Below, piece by piece: positions 14,606 to 30,518 of a DNA stretch of 64,000 bases (position 1 is the first letter of the stretch; each line of letters starts with the position of its first letter). This stretch comes from the human T2T-CHM13v2.0 reference genome, Homo sapiens, in the NCBI RefSeq assembly GCF_009914755.1, contig NC_060936.1; one strand, given 5' to 3'. The position numbers and the translations under genes were made by a program. Under the pieces are notes generated by a model. The model did not search any database. It worked only from the letters and a program-made list of their open reading frames with translations, and had not been told where the DNA came from.

Positions 14606-17568
14606 CCAGACTAATAGCCTTGCCAAAAGTTTTCTGTTTCTAGAAGTAGTTACAAGAAATATTTTCATGGAGAGGCATAACATTTAGAGATATAGCCTAA
14701 GTCTCTCTGCTTTTCTTAATAATTTATCTTCAATGAACTTTATTTCATAAATCTTTAATCAAAGTAGTGTCATAAGCACTTTATAAGTATTAATTCATTT
14801 AAACTTCACAATAACTTGATAAGGCATTCTTATCTGCAGTATTCAGGAAATGAAACAGAAGCACAGAGACGTTAAGTAGCTTGCCCATTGTCACATAGCT
14901 GCTAACTGGGATTGGGCCTACTTAAAGTTGATCAGTCTGTATCATCTCTTGGTATGATGAGTTCCAACTAAATGGGAAACAATATATACTTGAACATTTC
15001 AGTCTTACAAGGATGGTCAAGTTCATGGAATTTATAATTTTTCTAAACTTGGCTCACATCACCCTCAGATTTATGGTCTAGTTTTCCTCCTGGAAGCCCC
15101 AAGTTTCCTAACTGGGGCTCACATACCAGTCATCCCTTCCCTCTTTCTGTTTCTTCTCAGAACCTGAGTCACTTCCTCATTTCTTCTGTAGGCTCAGCTG
15201 CTGGAAGCACTGGGCATTTCAAGTGCAAGTGGACCATATTTATTTTCAGGATTAAAGACATTTCCTATTTGGTTTTTGATGTCTCTTTGGTTTCAATTTG
15301 ATCAATGTACTCAAACAACTACTTAAAATGACCATAGGACATTTTAGCTGGTCGTAGCTCCACATAACATTTTATAGGAATATATGAATTTTTTCTTTTA
15401 AATTTATTATCTTTTGGTTTCCTTCAATAAAACCAATCTTCAGCTACACTATTATTATTATTGCAGGGAAGCATTTTTTGAAACACAGCTCCTTTATAAT
15501 TAATTCATTCATTTGTTCATATATTTATTCAGTAATTTCAGGGTGCAACGCACTGTGCTAGATGATGGAAATACAATTTTATCCTCTAGGAGTCAGTATC
15601 TTTCCCACCTAAACAGATTTCTACAATAAGATAGAAGTTAAACATTCCTCTGATTTTGAATATTTAAAAACCTTGTAAGAAAATGCATTATTTCAATTGG
15701 TTCCTCTGTTTCCATATGCATGTTTGCCCTCTCAAAGGTCTAGATTATGTTGCACAGAGATCAGCACCATTAATTTGGTTTGAATAATTAAACAAAATGT
15801 CTTATTTTGGAAAGTGCAAAAATATGTAACAAGATGATTTACAATTTCACGTCAAAATGTGTAATAGGTTGCTATGATTGTGATTAATCCCTAAAGAGAG
15901 AAAAAAATTAGAAGTAAAGTAACATTTTAAAGTAAAATAGATACATTAGAAATTCATGATTGGATAGATTACAAAATGTCTCTTGCCTCTGAATAATAAA
16001 TATAATTTATTGATTCTCTCTGAATGCATTAGAGAAATAAAGCATGTAAAACAATCATTTAGGCTAAGTACATACAGCAAAGAATTGAAATTATCCTCTG
16101 CAGCAAGTACTAGGCTGATGGATAATAGCATATACATTCATTTTCATACCTCTTACCCCTTTTAAATATATCTCTAAGGAAAGACAGTGGTTATTTGACT
16201 TTCTCCATGTGAAATTTCCCATGCAGTGTAGCACATCTGTAAAAGATGTGTGAAAAGTACATTTTTCTATCAGGATTTTCATTCATAGTTAATTATTTCA
16301 TTTAGCACGAGCAACATTTCCAATTTAACTTGTTCCAGAGACTGTAATATTTACAGCTAATTTCCAGCAAAACATTTAGAAATGGCTCAAAGTAAAAATT
16401 CATTACTGGGTTTTGCCATGTTTTAAAACGTCAAATGCAAATGAAAATCAAGGCAAGACTATACTTTACTTTTAGATCATGTATTTCAGTTCCTTTTTTT
16501 TTTTTTAAATAGGTTTGGTGTAGGTGGTAAGCTTGTAATGTCATTCTTTATTTAAAACACAAGGCAGAAAGGTCTCAGGAAGGAAGAGACATATGTTATT
16601 ATCTGTCATGACCTTATACTTATGAATCTGGGGACAGATTTGGAGAAAGGTCTTCAAGTGACCAGATGGGCTGCCATGTTATTTAAGTTGCATATATTAT
16701 AATAGCTTCATTTTGTTCTTAACCAATGTAACTCGCATCTTATCATTTACATTATTGTCTTGCTTCCATTATGGATGGTATACATTATGTTTTCCCCAAA
16801 CTGAACTGACTCCTTGATCTGGGTTATGCATCCTACTTGCATACAGACATATTTTCACATACGTACTTTCCCATATGAATAGATGACCAGTAGATCTTAT
16901 AACACATTTTTCTGAGAATTTACAGTGCTTTAAGTTACATCAATTTTTAAAGGGACTCAATAAAGTAATAAAATTTACACATTTATATTGAAATACAGTC
17001 ATTTATACTATTATATGAAAAACCATAGTGAGTATAAGTGATTTTTTATTGTAATTGCTTTCTGACAGTAGGTATAAAATGAAGAAATTCAAAATGATGG
17101 AATTACCCTTGAAATTTGAGCCAACATAAGCAGTTTTAAAGTGTTAAGAGTTTAATGAGAAACATCACTGAGGTGGAAAAATTATGCAAACGTAAATTTT
17201 AAATGGAGCTTCCAAAAAGGAATAATTTTAAGATAGTCTAGCAAATGTAAGGGGTTGCTATTCCTTAGATGAGAAGTTTGATAAAAATATAAATAGAATA
17301 AAGAGTATATAGAGACATTTGCAAGTGTCTCCCATGTAGCATTTAATAAAATATTTATTTTATACCTACTAAGAATTTCGGGTACTGAGAGTTCCAGAGT
17401 GGGAGAGAGGAAGCACTATCAGAAAGAGAATGACTCTCTGTGGATGTGACATGGGCTGACACTTAAATGAGAAGAAGGAACCAGCCCACTTCTGGAGGGG
17501 AGATTCTCTAGGCAGAGGGAAGAACAAGCTTATCAGTCTCAAAAACACAAAACAGTTTATTTATCTTT

Positions 17569-17894
<326 letters not shown>

Positions 17895-19013
17895 TTAAAA
17901 ATCAATATATTTATAACTAAAGTACATATTATCTTCTGAATATAAATACTACGTGTGCACAACAAATAGTATAGTATTTCTCTAGAGAAAACTGAGGAAA
18001 CATTTCTTAAATGTCTTGAATATAAACCACCCATAGCTAGGAGTATCTGGATAACCTATATTCTGAAAGCATTTGCTTAGTTTGCCCTGATAAATGTGCT
18101 CTGTCCTTACTTTCTCTTGGCTTCTCTTTCTGCTGGTGTCTTATGTTCTGTTCCCATCCCCAGTAAGCTGGGGAAGGTGAGAAGGCCTTACTGTCTCAAT
18201 TAAAAGGAGGTATAGTCAGCGTCACCACTCCTCATTTCACAGTTCTGGACACGAGCATAGAATCCTGATGAGAAACAGTCCTGCTTCTTTCTGTAGAAAT
18301 GACTCTGCAGGTGTCAAGAAGAAAGGGCTCTGAGTCAGGACAAACGAGAACTTGGCACTGATGCTATTTTGCCAGGATTCATGCTCTCATGCTCTCTGAC
18401 CATCCCTGCATGGTCCAAGTAATTCATTTCCATGGACATTAAGCTCCAAATGTCATTGTACACTGTGCCTTCCCATTTTCTAACCACAGGTGCTTACAGA
18501 TTAGGCTCTTGCTTAACCTGCCACTGGCTGCTGGGCCATCATCTGCCCTACAAAGCATTATGACAGCTGTACTCATTCCTTTGATGAAGAATACTTAGAT
18601 GTTCTTTCTCATCAGTCAAGGTAGCTCACACTCACTTTACAAATACTATATTACTATTGGCTCTTCATCAGATGATTTCTTTGTGGTAGATTCCGGTGCC
18701 TATCCTTAAGATGTTTCTGTACTGCTAAGGAGACTGCAATCCTGAAATTCAACACAACAACCAAGTCTACCAAATCTCTGGCAGGACTACCAAACAGACT
18801 CCTAATTGATTTCCCTGATTCTTCTTCATTTCATCAGAGCTCAGTACACAAAACAAAGTGAAAATATCAGTTCACTTTCTCATTCACTCATTAATTCAGC
18901 AAATATCCACAGTATGTATTGAATATTTTCCATGTGTCAAGTATATGTCTGACAAGTGTCAAAGCTGACTGTAGCAGTTCTCACAGTGTAGTTGGGGAGG
19001 GTGAGTAAGTTAC

Positions 19014-19510
19014 TGTAGTGGACGAGTAATATTCTTGTCTAATTAGCATCCATTTCTCCCTTTTCTTCTAATAGTATCTGGATTTATCTGAGGATACGTC
19101 TTTCCCCAAGTCAGCCCCATGCCATTTGAGTGGAGCTGATTTTCCCTGCAGATTTGAAGAAGGGGTTGCAGAGACCTAGTTCTAGTCAATCAGAACACTG
19201 GATCCCCTGGGTGTAGTGACTGGTTCAGAGTCGGGGAGTCATTCCCTCAGACATAGCAGGACTCGACTTGAGGCCCTTTGTTGGAAATTTTACAAAGGAA
19301 GAAAATCTCCTTCTGCTAGTCTTGGAGCTGGGATTGTGTAAGGGCTCCCTGGGGAGAAGCCTGCCTGCCTGGGAATGAGGGTGAGAGGGAGGGAGAGCCT
19401 GAGAGGGCTGGAGAGCAGGAGTGTGAGGAGGAGGCTAGGGGAGAAAGGGAGAAAGGAAAGAGATTTGTTTGTGAATTCCAATACTTGATCATTTAGATCT
19501 AGTTGTGCCC
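19014..19510. mobile_element. Old ERVL/MaLR-type LTR (LTR16-like)
   Basis: Begins tgtagtgg; overall resemblance only. Confidence 0.45.
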
Positions 19511-20126
19511 AGAGCTGTAAGGACGATGACAGAAGCACTAACAAACCACAAAATAAGCATCGAGGAGAAATCCCCCAACTCTGCTTGGAGCAGCTGGGGA
19601 AAGCCATAGCCACCTGGCACCTGCCCATCCTTCACTATTCTTCAAATGTCATCTCTTCAGAGCAGGCTTTCTCTAGATCCCTTATTTGTTCTAAATAGAT
19701 TGTGAGCTCACAGATACCAGAGAACATGGCTTGGTAATTTTATATCTCTAGAGCTCATCACTGTGCCTGTTAGAGGGAATATACATTATGCCTTCAATAA
19801 AAATTCCTTGAGTTCCCCTGTGTACCTAGGCCTCCAGTGAAAGCAGGGGTCTGAACAGGACCCTAACACTGCCCTGCTTTCAAGGGATTTCCCGTACTAA
19901 CATGTACAAGGAACCAGCCTTCAGCAGGAAATCTAAACTAGCTTGTTCCTTTTCTCATTTTCCCTCCTCCTCTCCTGCTTCCTCCAGCCCTTTTAGTCCT
20001 GTTAACCCCTCATCAGAGTTTAATACAAACATCACCATGCCACTTCTCTGAAAGCTTTGCCAATTTAGGCCTAGTTTTCCTTGTTGTGTATTCGCAAAAT
20101 TTCTTGTAATTTTCCTTCATATAAAT

Positions 20127-20347
20127 CAGGGCACCTCTCCACCAGGGGTGAATTTGCTCCTTTCCTGAGATTATGTGACAACATCTGGAGATATTTTTGA
20201 TTGTCACAACTGGGGAAGAGGTTGCTGTTGGCACCTAGTGGTTAGAGGCCGGGGACGCTGCTAAACACCCAGCAATGCCCAGAACAGCTCCCACAGCAAA
20301 GAATGATCCGGCCCAAAATGTCAATAGGGCTGAAGTTAAGCACCCCT
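20127..20347 (+). mobile_element. MER20 (hAT-Charlie)
   Basis: ttgtcacaactgggg...tagaggcc.ggga.gctgctaaaca...gcccaaaatgtcaatag. Confidence 0.9.
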
Positions 20348-21561
20348 TATATAAATAATCACAGTTTAGAGTTAGGCATCTATTTTTTACCCCACCAAAC
20401 TATGAATTCCAAAAGGGCAGGGACTAAGTCTGTTTTGCACCATTGTACTTCCACACACTCACAAGTAGTAGCTACTCAACAATCATTTTTAAATGCTATC
20501 ATTAAAGGAATGTTAAATCTATTCTCTGAAACACAATACACCATTCAGGTAATTTTTCCTTCTTTATTGCAAGTATGCATATTAGCATGCAAAATTTAAT
20601 TCTCTGTTTTCATTTATCATATTCTAGAAACAAAAGTTCTGAATTGTATGGCTGGATTTTGGTGTAATTGAGGAGGCTCTATTCCACAAGAAAATATTTG
20701 TTTTAGTACATTAGGATATTCTTGGGAAGTTGACAAGACATATTAAAATGAATGAGCCTGGCTGGAGCAGTCCCTCACACTTTGCAGCACATAGTGCTGA
20801 CAAGCCTTAACGACACAAATGGCATGAAGCCTAACACATGTGATGACCAGCATTTCACAGAGTTATCAGAGTGGCACTGTCATGTTCCTGAAGCAAAAGG
20901 TGATACAAGCTCCTATACTTCATCTCCGCTCCCTAATAACAATAAGCTTGGATTCCACTGAGCCATGTCTTCGATGACTGGTAGTTCTAAAGCCTCTAAT
21001 TATAATCTTGAGTCGTAATATTTGCTTTAAAGCTTTAACTCAAGTGAACATTCAAATGTAATTTTTCCACAGAAGTCAATTTCTGGAAGGGACACAATGT
21101 AAAAACACAGGGAAAAGAACGTGGTTAATTATTAAACCAAATCTGAAACAATGTACTAAAATAACACTTAAAAGCATGTTACAAACCACACTGGACCTAC
21201 TTTCATCCAGAAATGTTTGCTTTCTCCATGAGGGAGTGAATTCTTTAAATATACATAGAGCCTTCATTTGAAAGAATACTAACCCATTCATCTATTACAT
21301 TCCCATGTTGAAATTTTGTGTGAGAAAATATGTCAAGATTCTAGTTTCATATAGCTTAATTTTACCTTAAAAAGACCCACAAGCCAGTTTTGGTTCTTGT
21401 TGTTTTTCCTGAAAGTCTTTGAATCTCGGGTTTTTACTCTATTAAGTATAGGCCAGGGCTTGGGGGCCTTTACACACTTTTTTTTTAAATAATAAATTTT
21501 GCAGCTACAATATCCAAGGCTCTTTCTACTAGGTATTGAAGAGAATATAAAAAAATTCAGA

Positions 21562-21852
21562 GCTGGGTGTGGTGGCTCACACCTGTAATCCCAGCACTTT
21601 GGGAGGCTGAGACAGGCAGATCACTGGAGGCCAGGAGTTTGAGGCCAGCCTGGGCAACATGGTGAAACCCTGTCTCTACTAAAAATACAAAATTATCTGG
21701 GCATGGTGGTGCATACCTGTAATCCCAGGTACTTAGGAGGCTGAGGCACGAGACTCCTTGAACCTGGGAGGCAGAGGTTGAACCAGGATCAAGCCACCAC
21801 ACTCCAGCCCGGGCAACAGAGCGAGACTCTGTGTCAAGGAAAAAAAAAAAAA
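21562..21852 (+). mobile_element. Alu (S/J)
   Basis: Full dimer with poly(A). Confidence 0.95.
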
Positions 21853-22416
21853 TCAGAATCCCTGTCCTCAAATCCCAACTCTCAGTCTCTCTGGATGTGG
21901 ACTTTTTCCTCTGGTCTCTTCCCTCAAGGGGCTTAAGTTCTTATGGGGCAAAAAACATGGACTTTAGAGCTTGATTTGTATAAAAATTTTTTTGAGTGAA
22001 AGAATGAATCGCATTTGCCAGGTGAGAAAAGTAAGTCTTGGAGAAGTTAGTTGAAAACAGTTTAAAATGGAGTCTATCTTCCTGGGTGTCTTAAAGGCCA
22101 TACATTCAAAAGTTAGCTGTGCTATCATTATGAGACTGTCTATGAGGGCATGGACATGAGGGCAGTGAGCAGAGACTCAGAGTGGTTCAGTTACTCTCTT
22201 ATGAATCAAAGCAATAGTCTGCTTCTGCATCTTATCACATTTTCAGTGCAATAAAAGATGTTTTCAAATAGGTGAAAGCCTCTATTGAAGAACTGTCTAT
22301 TCTTAGGATTTTACTGAGATTACATTGTAGAGAAGAAATAGCCAGAAAGCATTTCTGCAAAACTAAATCTCCACGTTTGTTGGCTATATTTATTGGGATA
22401 ATTTTAGTAATAATAG

Positions 22417-22729
<313 letters not shown>

Positions 22730-24508
22730 AAAACTTTCTATTACTCCAATGACAGTAAGCAAATCAGGAAAGCTAATATTTTCTTGGGCATGGGCTTGAT
22801 TGAAAAAAACCGCTGAAGCTGGCGTTATTTCTTATTGATTTTTGTTTCCCACAGAGCATCTTGTACATTATAGGCACTTGATAAATATTTGTTCATTGGC
22901 TCTGCTTACTGCTCTGATAAAAGAGATCTTAAAGGTGATATTCAAATAGAACATGAAAACCTACTAACAAAACAATACTATCTATACCTAACTGTTTCAT
23001 TGAGTATAATAGCACTACTAAAGTCATATAGAGTGTACCCATTTTCATTGCTGCCATTTTCCTCCATTTAGCAAGCATTAAGAAGATGCGAGATTTCTCT
23101 CTTTCTCTCTCTCTCTTTTTAATACGATGCCCATCTACTGTCATCATCTGACTTTCTGTGTAACAAAGGGAAAAAGACAAGTGATACTATGCTTATTATT
23201 ATGGGAGACTGATGACAAATTACAGCATAGTGGTCCTACCATGTGAGTCAGTTGATATAGAAATTTCTATCTAAGCAGAGGATTGTCACAAGGTGAGTAT
23301 TTTAACGTGACAGAACTAGAGCAGAACATGTAACACTGAATATGTGCCAAGGACTGGCTGCATATTTTATATGCATTATTTTATTTAAGTATCGTATAAC
23401 CCTATGAGGTAGGTATTTCTTCCTACACAAGCTCATAATGGAAAATAACATATGTGGGACTGTGAAGGGGAGGTGAGAATACTGAGAGGATCTCAGGAGC
23501 CTGTCTCCTACCAGGGCTTCCAAGGTGGCATTCAGCTCCTTGGTTATTTTACCATGGTTCTCATCTTTGGGCCTCTCCCTTGTAGGTGTAGAAACTTGCA
23601 TTATCAGCAAGTCAAGAGTGGCCCCATTTCTCAGAAGTAAGAAATGCATCACCAAACCAAGGGGACTGGAGTATAATGAGACTGGTGGAAGTATAGTAAG
23701 ACATTTGTTGTCACAGGTATAGAACACTTGCTATAAACAGAACTGCATGGGAGAAAAAATAAAACCAGAAGGTCACAAGGCAAGTAGGGAATGGAAACAA
23801 AATAAGCTTTATCTAAAGAGAAGGCAAAGCCATTGTAATTGGAGCCCTTGGAGCTCTCAGCAACAACCCCTCTCTATCTTTACATCAGGGATGATCTAGT
23901 TATTGGGCTTGGAACACTTGAAGACCACTAGCTGAGGTACCCTCTCTTCCCTGGATGGTGCCAATGTTTCCTTCTGCCATCCTCCTTTTTCCCATGCTTC
24001 CTTCCCCAAAAAGGAAGGTTTCTTCCCTTTTTCCAGTGAGAACCAAATTCCATTCTAATGAACACTTTCCTTATCGATTTGTATAGACACATTTGGTCAG
24101 GTCACATTCAGGTCTTGCTTTATAAAATTCTTTGGTCTCATGTTGAGGAAATGGTTCTTAATCTCTTTGGGGTCATAAACTCTTTTAAGAATGTATTGAA
24201 ATACAAAGACATATAAATTAAAATACATACAATTTTGAGGGATTTCAAGATTCTTAGAAACTCATACTGGAATCCAAGTTTTAAAACCACTGCTTAAGAA
24301 AACTGTGCATAATCCTGCTCTTATCCATTAATGTAGTGATAAGGTGTATCAGAGTCTATGAGGGACCTATAATCCTTATGAATTGGGATTGATTCTATTT
24401 TATAAAGAAGAAAATTGAAGCTCAGGGTATAAGTGACTTGCTTAAGGCCCAGTGAGGGCAGAATACAGAATATGTCAGTCTCTGTAGCAGATATAAGAAT
24501 ATCTGTAA

Positions 24509-24942
24509 CTTTTTTATTTTTTTGAGCAGGGTCTCTCACTGTTGCCAAGGCTAGAGCGCAGTGACACAATCTTGGCTCACTGAAGCCTTGACCTCCAGGG
24601 CTCAAGTGATCCTCCCACTTCAGCCTCCCAAGTAGCTGGAACTACATGTGTGTGCCGCTATGCCCGGCTAATTTTTGTGTGTGTATGTGTATATATATAT
24701 GTGTGTGTATATATATATATATGAGTATTTTATATGTATTATATATAATATATATAAAAATATATTATATATATATTATACTATACCATACTACACTATA
24801 CTATACTATACTATATATATATAGTAGAGATGGGGTTTTGCCATGTTGCCCAGGCTGGTCTTGAACTCTTGAGCTCCAGCAATCCTCCCACCTCGGCCTC
24901 CCAAAGTGCTGGGATTACAGGCATGGGCTAATGCGCCCAGCC
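24509..24942 (-). mobile_element. AluJ with microsatellite-expanded central linker
   Basis: Arms separated by about 150 bp of (TG/TA/CTATA)n; TSD tctgtaactttt. Confidence 0.9.
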
Positions 24943-26627
24943 AAATGTCTGTAACTTTTAAGATCACTATTTAAAAATAAAACTTTCATCACAAATTCAA
25001 AAAATCCAGAAAGAGAATGTGGAGAGAGAGGGAAATGGCATTTGTAACTTTTGAGTACCTGAAGATGGCCACATTTTTTTTCTTTTAGTCAGTAAAGACA
25101 TGGATTAACTTGCCACTATCTGCATTTTACAGAAAAGTAGAAATTTCCCGAGGTTAAATAACTTGCCCAGATTTCTTTAACTATAAGTGACAGAACTAGA
25201 ATTTGAAGTAGGAAACTAAGAAGTTGTATTTCATAAGCTGTGCTCTTACCCCCTCTGCTATGTGACCCCTGGCCACAGCCTAAGCAATTTCTGGCTTCAC
25301 TCATCTCTATTGGCAAGGTCTTAACTGAAGTTGCCAAAGGCAGTCAAATAACATCCTTTAAGCACACTTGAGAGTGTGATTGTGCAAAAACAGTAAAGCT
25401 TCAAGTTCAAAAGAGTCAGAGTCCAGGATAACCCTCAGGTGGATGAGAGGCATATGATTCATATCCTTTCCTTCAGTTTTTCAGAGACATAAAATGGTTT
25501 ATGTTCGACTTCAAGAATGGTCTATCTTTGCATTTTCTTTGTGTGTTGTGTTATACTTCATTAGGCAACAAAGGCTTCTTTTCTTCTCCTCCAGGTAATA
25601 AGTAGTGATTTATCACAATCACCTGTCACATTTAACTTAGCATTCATTCCACGAAAAGATTTCCCATACATTTCCAATGTGAAATTTAAATGTTAATGTC
25701 CATAGATAAAGAAGTATAGCAGTATGTGTTACATTTTTTTTCCCACTATGAAAACCATTTTCAGGAATTTAGACTGTTAAATAACCATTCCTTTTATGAG
25801 ACTAGCTCTAAAAGATACATATAAATTTTGAAATCTATAGTATTACTTGGCAATTTTAGTGCTTTACTTTTTGCAGCCAATCATGGAAGACTTGCTTTTA
25901 TAGCTTTCTCTGCAGAGTCATCTTAATTATAGGGAAATCCCTTTACAAATGGCTTTCCATTTACAGTGCTTCAGCTAGAATCTAAAGTTGGTTTTATTGG
26001 AAATGATAAAAAATTACTCTTCCTGAGACACAGAGTTAAGAATCAGAATTGGAAATGAACTAAGTTCTTTTAGCTTTAGAAAAAAAATTTAAATTGATCA
26101 TATATTCTTCCCTTCTAAACAGTTTATCCCAAAGAGGTTTAACACAGTAAAATCTCTTTGACTTTCAGACACTTAAGAAAATGTTTCAAGGCAAAGAAGT
26201 CATATAGATTATCTAATTCAATCCACACATTTAACTGAATGTGAGCTTCACCCAATTTACAGAACTAGTGATAGAGCTGGGACTAGAACCCCTGCCTACG
26301 GGGTATCATTTGTACCATTTCAGCCACACTCTGCTTCCAATGTTGGACTCTTCTTGTGCTTTCTACATAACCCACATGGGTGGGAGAGATCTCTGGACCC
26401 AATAACAGAAATTTATTTTAGTCTTTCTTTATAGCATCTAGACAACCTGGCATCATATTATTTGTTCATTTGGCTATTGTTTTTCTCCTTCAACAAATAT
26501 AAACTCCAGGAGGACAAATAATCTGTGACCTCTAATGGTGTCTGGCACATAGTAGGAGTCAATAAATAACTTGTTAAATGGAATTTCAAATTTAACCTTA
26601 AACATTCTTGTTTAAAATACATAGTTT

Positions 26628-26945
26628 GGGTCAGGTGCAGTGGCTCATGCCTGTAATTCCAGCACTTTGGGAGGCTGAGGTAGGAAGATGGTTGAGGTCA
26701 GGGGTTCAAGACAACCCTAGGCAACATAGCGAGACCCCATCTTTATTAAAAAAAATAAAAATTAGCTGGGCGTGGCGATGCAGGCTTGTGGTCCTAGCTA
26801 CTTGCAGGGGGTGGCTGAAGCAAGAGGATCACTTGAGCCCAGGAGTTCAAGGTTACAGCAAACTGTGATCATACCATTGTACTCTAGCCTGGGTGACAGA
26901 GTGAGACCCTGTCTCTAAAAAAAAAAGAAAAAAAGAAAAAAGAAA
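26628..26945 (+). mobile_element. AluJ
   Basis: gaggatcacttgagcccagg; poly(A). Confidence 0.9.
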
Positions 26946-27089
26946 TAAAATTTATACGTTACATTTTACTTCCTAAAATATCCATGTTTGCTTTGACTGG
27001 AATTTTAAATAATTAATATCTGAATGTCTTCAGGGAAGAATAATTATTCAACAAGATAAGGAATCATCAAAAGAAAACATCGTAAATTC

Positions 27090-28204
27090 CATTATATTAA
27101 GGGCTTCTACTCAACAAAAAGCCACCATAAAGAGATTGTAAATATCAGAAATCAAGAGAAGAAAATTGCAACACATAAAAGAAACAAAGGATTAGTATCC
27201 AGAATACATAAATAACTTCTAAAAACCAGTAAAGAAAATAAATACCAGTTACCCATTAAAAATAGTAAAAGATATAAACATATATTTTAAAGAAGAGAAA
27301 ACACAATCACTAATGGCCAGTAACGACCAATAAAAGTAAGATCAGCTATTTCACCTCTTTAGTAATCAGGGAAATGCAAACTAAAAACCATGGTAATATA
27401 CCCTTAGTCTAATTTAAAGCAGGAACTCAAAGAGACATTTGTACACCCGTGTTCATAGGAGCATTCTTCACAACAGCCCGATGGTGGAAGCAACCCTACT
27501 GTCGACAGATGGATGAATGGATAAACAAAATATTCTGTTTACAAATAATTTACAATGGAATATTAGCCTTAAAAAAGGAAGAAAGTCTTGTCACATGCTA
27601 TAACATAAACTTTGATGACATTATGCTAAGTGAAATAAGCAAGGCAAAAAGGGGCAAATACTGTATGGTTCCATTTCTATGAGGCATCCAGAGTAGTCAA
27701 ATTCCTAGAGACTGAAAGAGAATGGTGGTTACCAGGGGCTGACAGGAGAGGGAACGGGGAGTTATTGTTTAATAGGTAGAGTTTCAGCTTGAGATGATGA
27801 AAAAAAGGTCTGGAAATAGATTGTGTTAACGGTTGTACAACCATATGAATGTACTTAATGCCTCTGAACTACGCACTTAAATATGGTTAAAATTGTAAAG
27901 TTTGTTGTGAATGTTTACCAACAACCACAATGAGATATCATTTTATATCCACTAGATTGAAAACAAAAATCTAACTTCTGACAATAGCAAGCATCTGTTA
28001 ATTGCTATGGAATGAATTGTGTCTCCCATCCACCCTAAATTCATATGTTGAACCCTAACCTCCCCCTACCTTGACCATTTCACAATATGACTGCATTGGA
28101 GATAGGGCCTTTAAGGAGCTGATTAAGGTTAAAATGAGGTCTTAAGCATGAAGCCCTGATCCAACAGAGCTGGTGTCTTTATAAAACAGGGGGAGACATT
28201 AGAT

Positions 28205-28247
<43 letters not shown>

Positions 28248-28960
28248 TCACTCTCTCTCTCTCTGTGCCATGTGAGGACATGAAGAGAAGGTGGCCATCT
28301 GCAAACCAGGAAAAGGGCCCTCACCAGAAAATCAAATCTTGCTGGGACCTTGATCTCAGACTTTCCAGCCTCCAGAACTGTGAGAAAATAAATTTCTGCT
28401 GTCTAAGCTGCCCAGTCTATGACCTATTGTTAGGACAGCCTGAGCAAACTAAGTAACAGTGGAGCAACGGGTGTCACATGCTGCTGATGGGAGGGGACAC
28501 AGAACAGTCTGGCCTGGTCCAGCACAGCTGCACTGGTGCAGGCCCATAACCCAGCCAGGCCGCTTCATGGTGTGCATTCCAGGGAACCTAGCGTGTGTGT
28601 AACATAAGACAAGTAGAGGGAAGTTAACTGGGGCATCATTTATATTGGCAAAATCTGGAAACAACCAAAATGTACACTGATGGGAGAGTAGAAACTGTAT
28701 AAAATAAATAAATAAATAAATAATAAAAAAAGATAAATAAGTTTAAAAACACAGGACAACCTTATATTTGGGAAGATAAAGGATGATGAAATCTTTGAGG
28801 GATATAGAGGGGCTTAACATGGTTACCAATATTCTGTATTTTAAGCTGGGTGATGGGCATGTGAATGTCTTCTTTTGTCTTCTTTTTTAAAACATGTATG
28901 TCCATCTACATACTACATACTCTTATTTTACACATCTAGTATACATAGTAACAATTTAAA
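27090..28960 (+). mobile_element. Nested old L1 fragments (L1ME with L1MB insert at about 27415-27915)
   Basis: gatggatgaatggataaacaaaat, gtagtcaaattc, gaatggtggttaccagggg. Confidence 0.75.
28003..28453 (+). mobile_element. MLT1 (MaLR) LTR containing (TG)n
   Basis: tgctatgga...aattcatatgttgaa...ccagcctccagaactgtgagaaaataaatttctg...gagcaaactaa. Confidence 0.9.
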
Positions 28961-30485
28961 TGAATAAAAATATGCAAACCCAAAAGCATATAGCTTAATT
29001 TTATTAATCTTGGTCCAGAAATTTTTGTTAATAATTTTATATCTCTCCTCTTGTTATTTTTGTATGTTTTTTTTTAAATTTACAGAAGATAAACAGTTAA
29101 AGTAATTAAGCTCGACTTAAAAATTTCAACTTCTTATTTTATTCATTCAAAATCTGAGCCCGCTGGGAGCCAATTTTCCATAAAGACTGCAGAATCCTCT
29201 ACTGATCTCCCAAGTCCTCCTAGTCTTGCTCAGCTCCGTTACACAATTTTCCAGCATATCTGTCTATCATATGATAATGCAGGAGAGAGAGAAATGGAAG
29301 GTCATAAATAAACAGAGTGTAAAACTTCAAGTTTCAGGGCATAACTGGGACAGATAACTAAGCAAGCAAAATTCTGATATAATAAATTACTTGAACTGCC
29401 TGAAAGAGTCAGCTACATAAATCACAATTTTACTGGAAGTGCTACAAAAATCCATGCTGGCTACCAAATGCACTGTGAACACTAAAAATTCTTTTGTACG
29501 CTGTCAGCCAAGACTCCACATGGTGTATGTAAAGTCTGAGGGCCATTTAGATATATGCCACAGGCTTCTATACACAATGATCAAGAACAACTTTCCCTCT
29601 CAGAATGAGAACATAGTTGTTCTTATGAAAGCAGTTATTTTTGTTATGGCTTGGGGTGAGAGCGATGGCAAGTTGTTAGAAAGAGTGAGAGTAAAAGGTT
29701 ATGAATATTGAAACCCCTAACAAATACCATATTTTGCATTTTATTCCACAAATTATTTTGAGGGTTCTGATGATGTTACATATAACTGTTTTAGGTGTAC
29801 TCACATTTATCACTTTATTTAATCTGCAATATATACCCTTGATAGGTATTACTTCTCCCATTTTGTACATTAAATAAAGAGAAAGAGGTTAAATAACCTG
29901 CCCAGGGTTACAATGTGAGCAGGTGAGTGTTAAAATTCAAACCTAGTTCTTCTTAATCAAACCCCAGTACTTTGGCCACTGTACTGTTTCTTACTGCCCC
30001 ACAAAATAGTTTTTTATAATGACAGACAAAATAGTTAACAAGTCAAGAGCTAATCAGCCAGGCTCCTTGATTCTTTCCCTAGTTTAAGCGCTTCTCTTAC
30101 CTTTTTGGCTATATTCCTACTAATTAGTTTTTAGTAAGATAAACAAGAAATAAAATACGAAATCAATTTTGTCAATTTAGGCCCTTCTTTAAAGGTCAGA
30201 TCATCATGTCTAAGGTGAGTGTTGGGATCTCATTCTCTCTCTCTCTCTTTTTTTTGTCTTGGTCTCAGCTTTACATCCCATAGCTTTACTTGTAACACAC
30301 ACAAAGTGCATATGATATAGTGCTGGCCTACAGCCAGAGTTGTGAGGTGACAGTGCCTGGGTAAAAACCCAGGGACAATACTCAACAGCTCTGTGCCTTT
30401 GGGCATTTTACATAAGCTCCTTGTGTTTCAGTTTCTTTGTGAAATGGGGATTAGTTTGGCTACGAGGATTAAACAATATAATGTA

Positions 30486-30518
30486 TTAGGTTGGTGCAAA
30501 TCTAATTGCAGTTTAATA
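30486..30518 (+). mobile_element. Internally deleted MADE1 (Hsmar1 MITE) inside a MIR
   Basis: ta|ttaggttggtgcaaa..taattgc.gttt matches the Hsmar1 TIR; ends aata. Confidence 0.7.
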
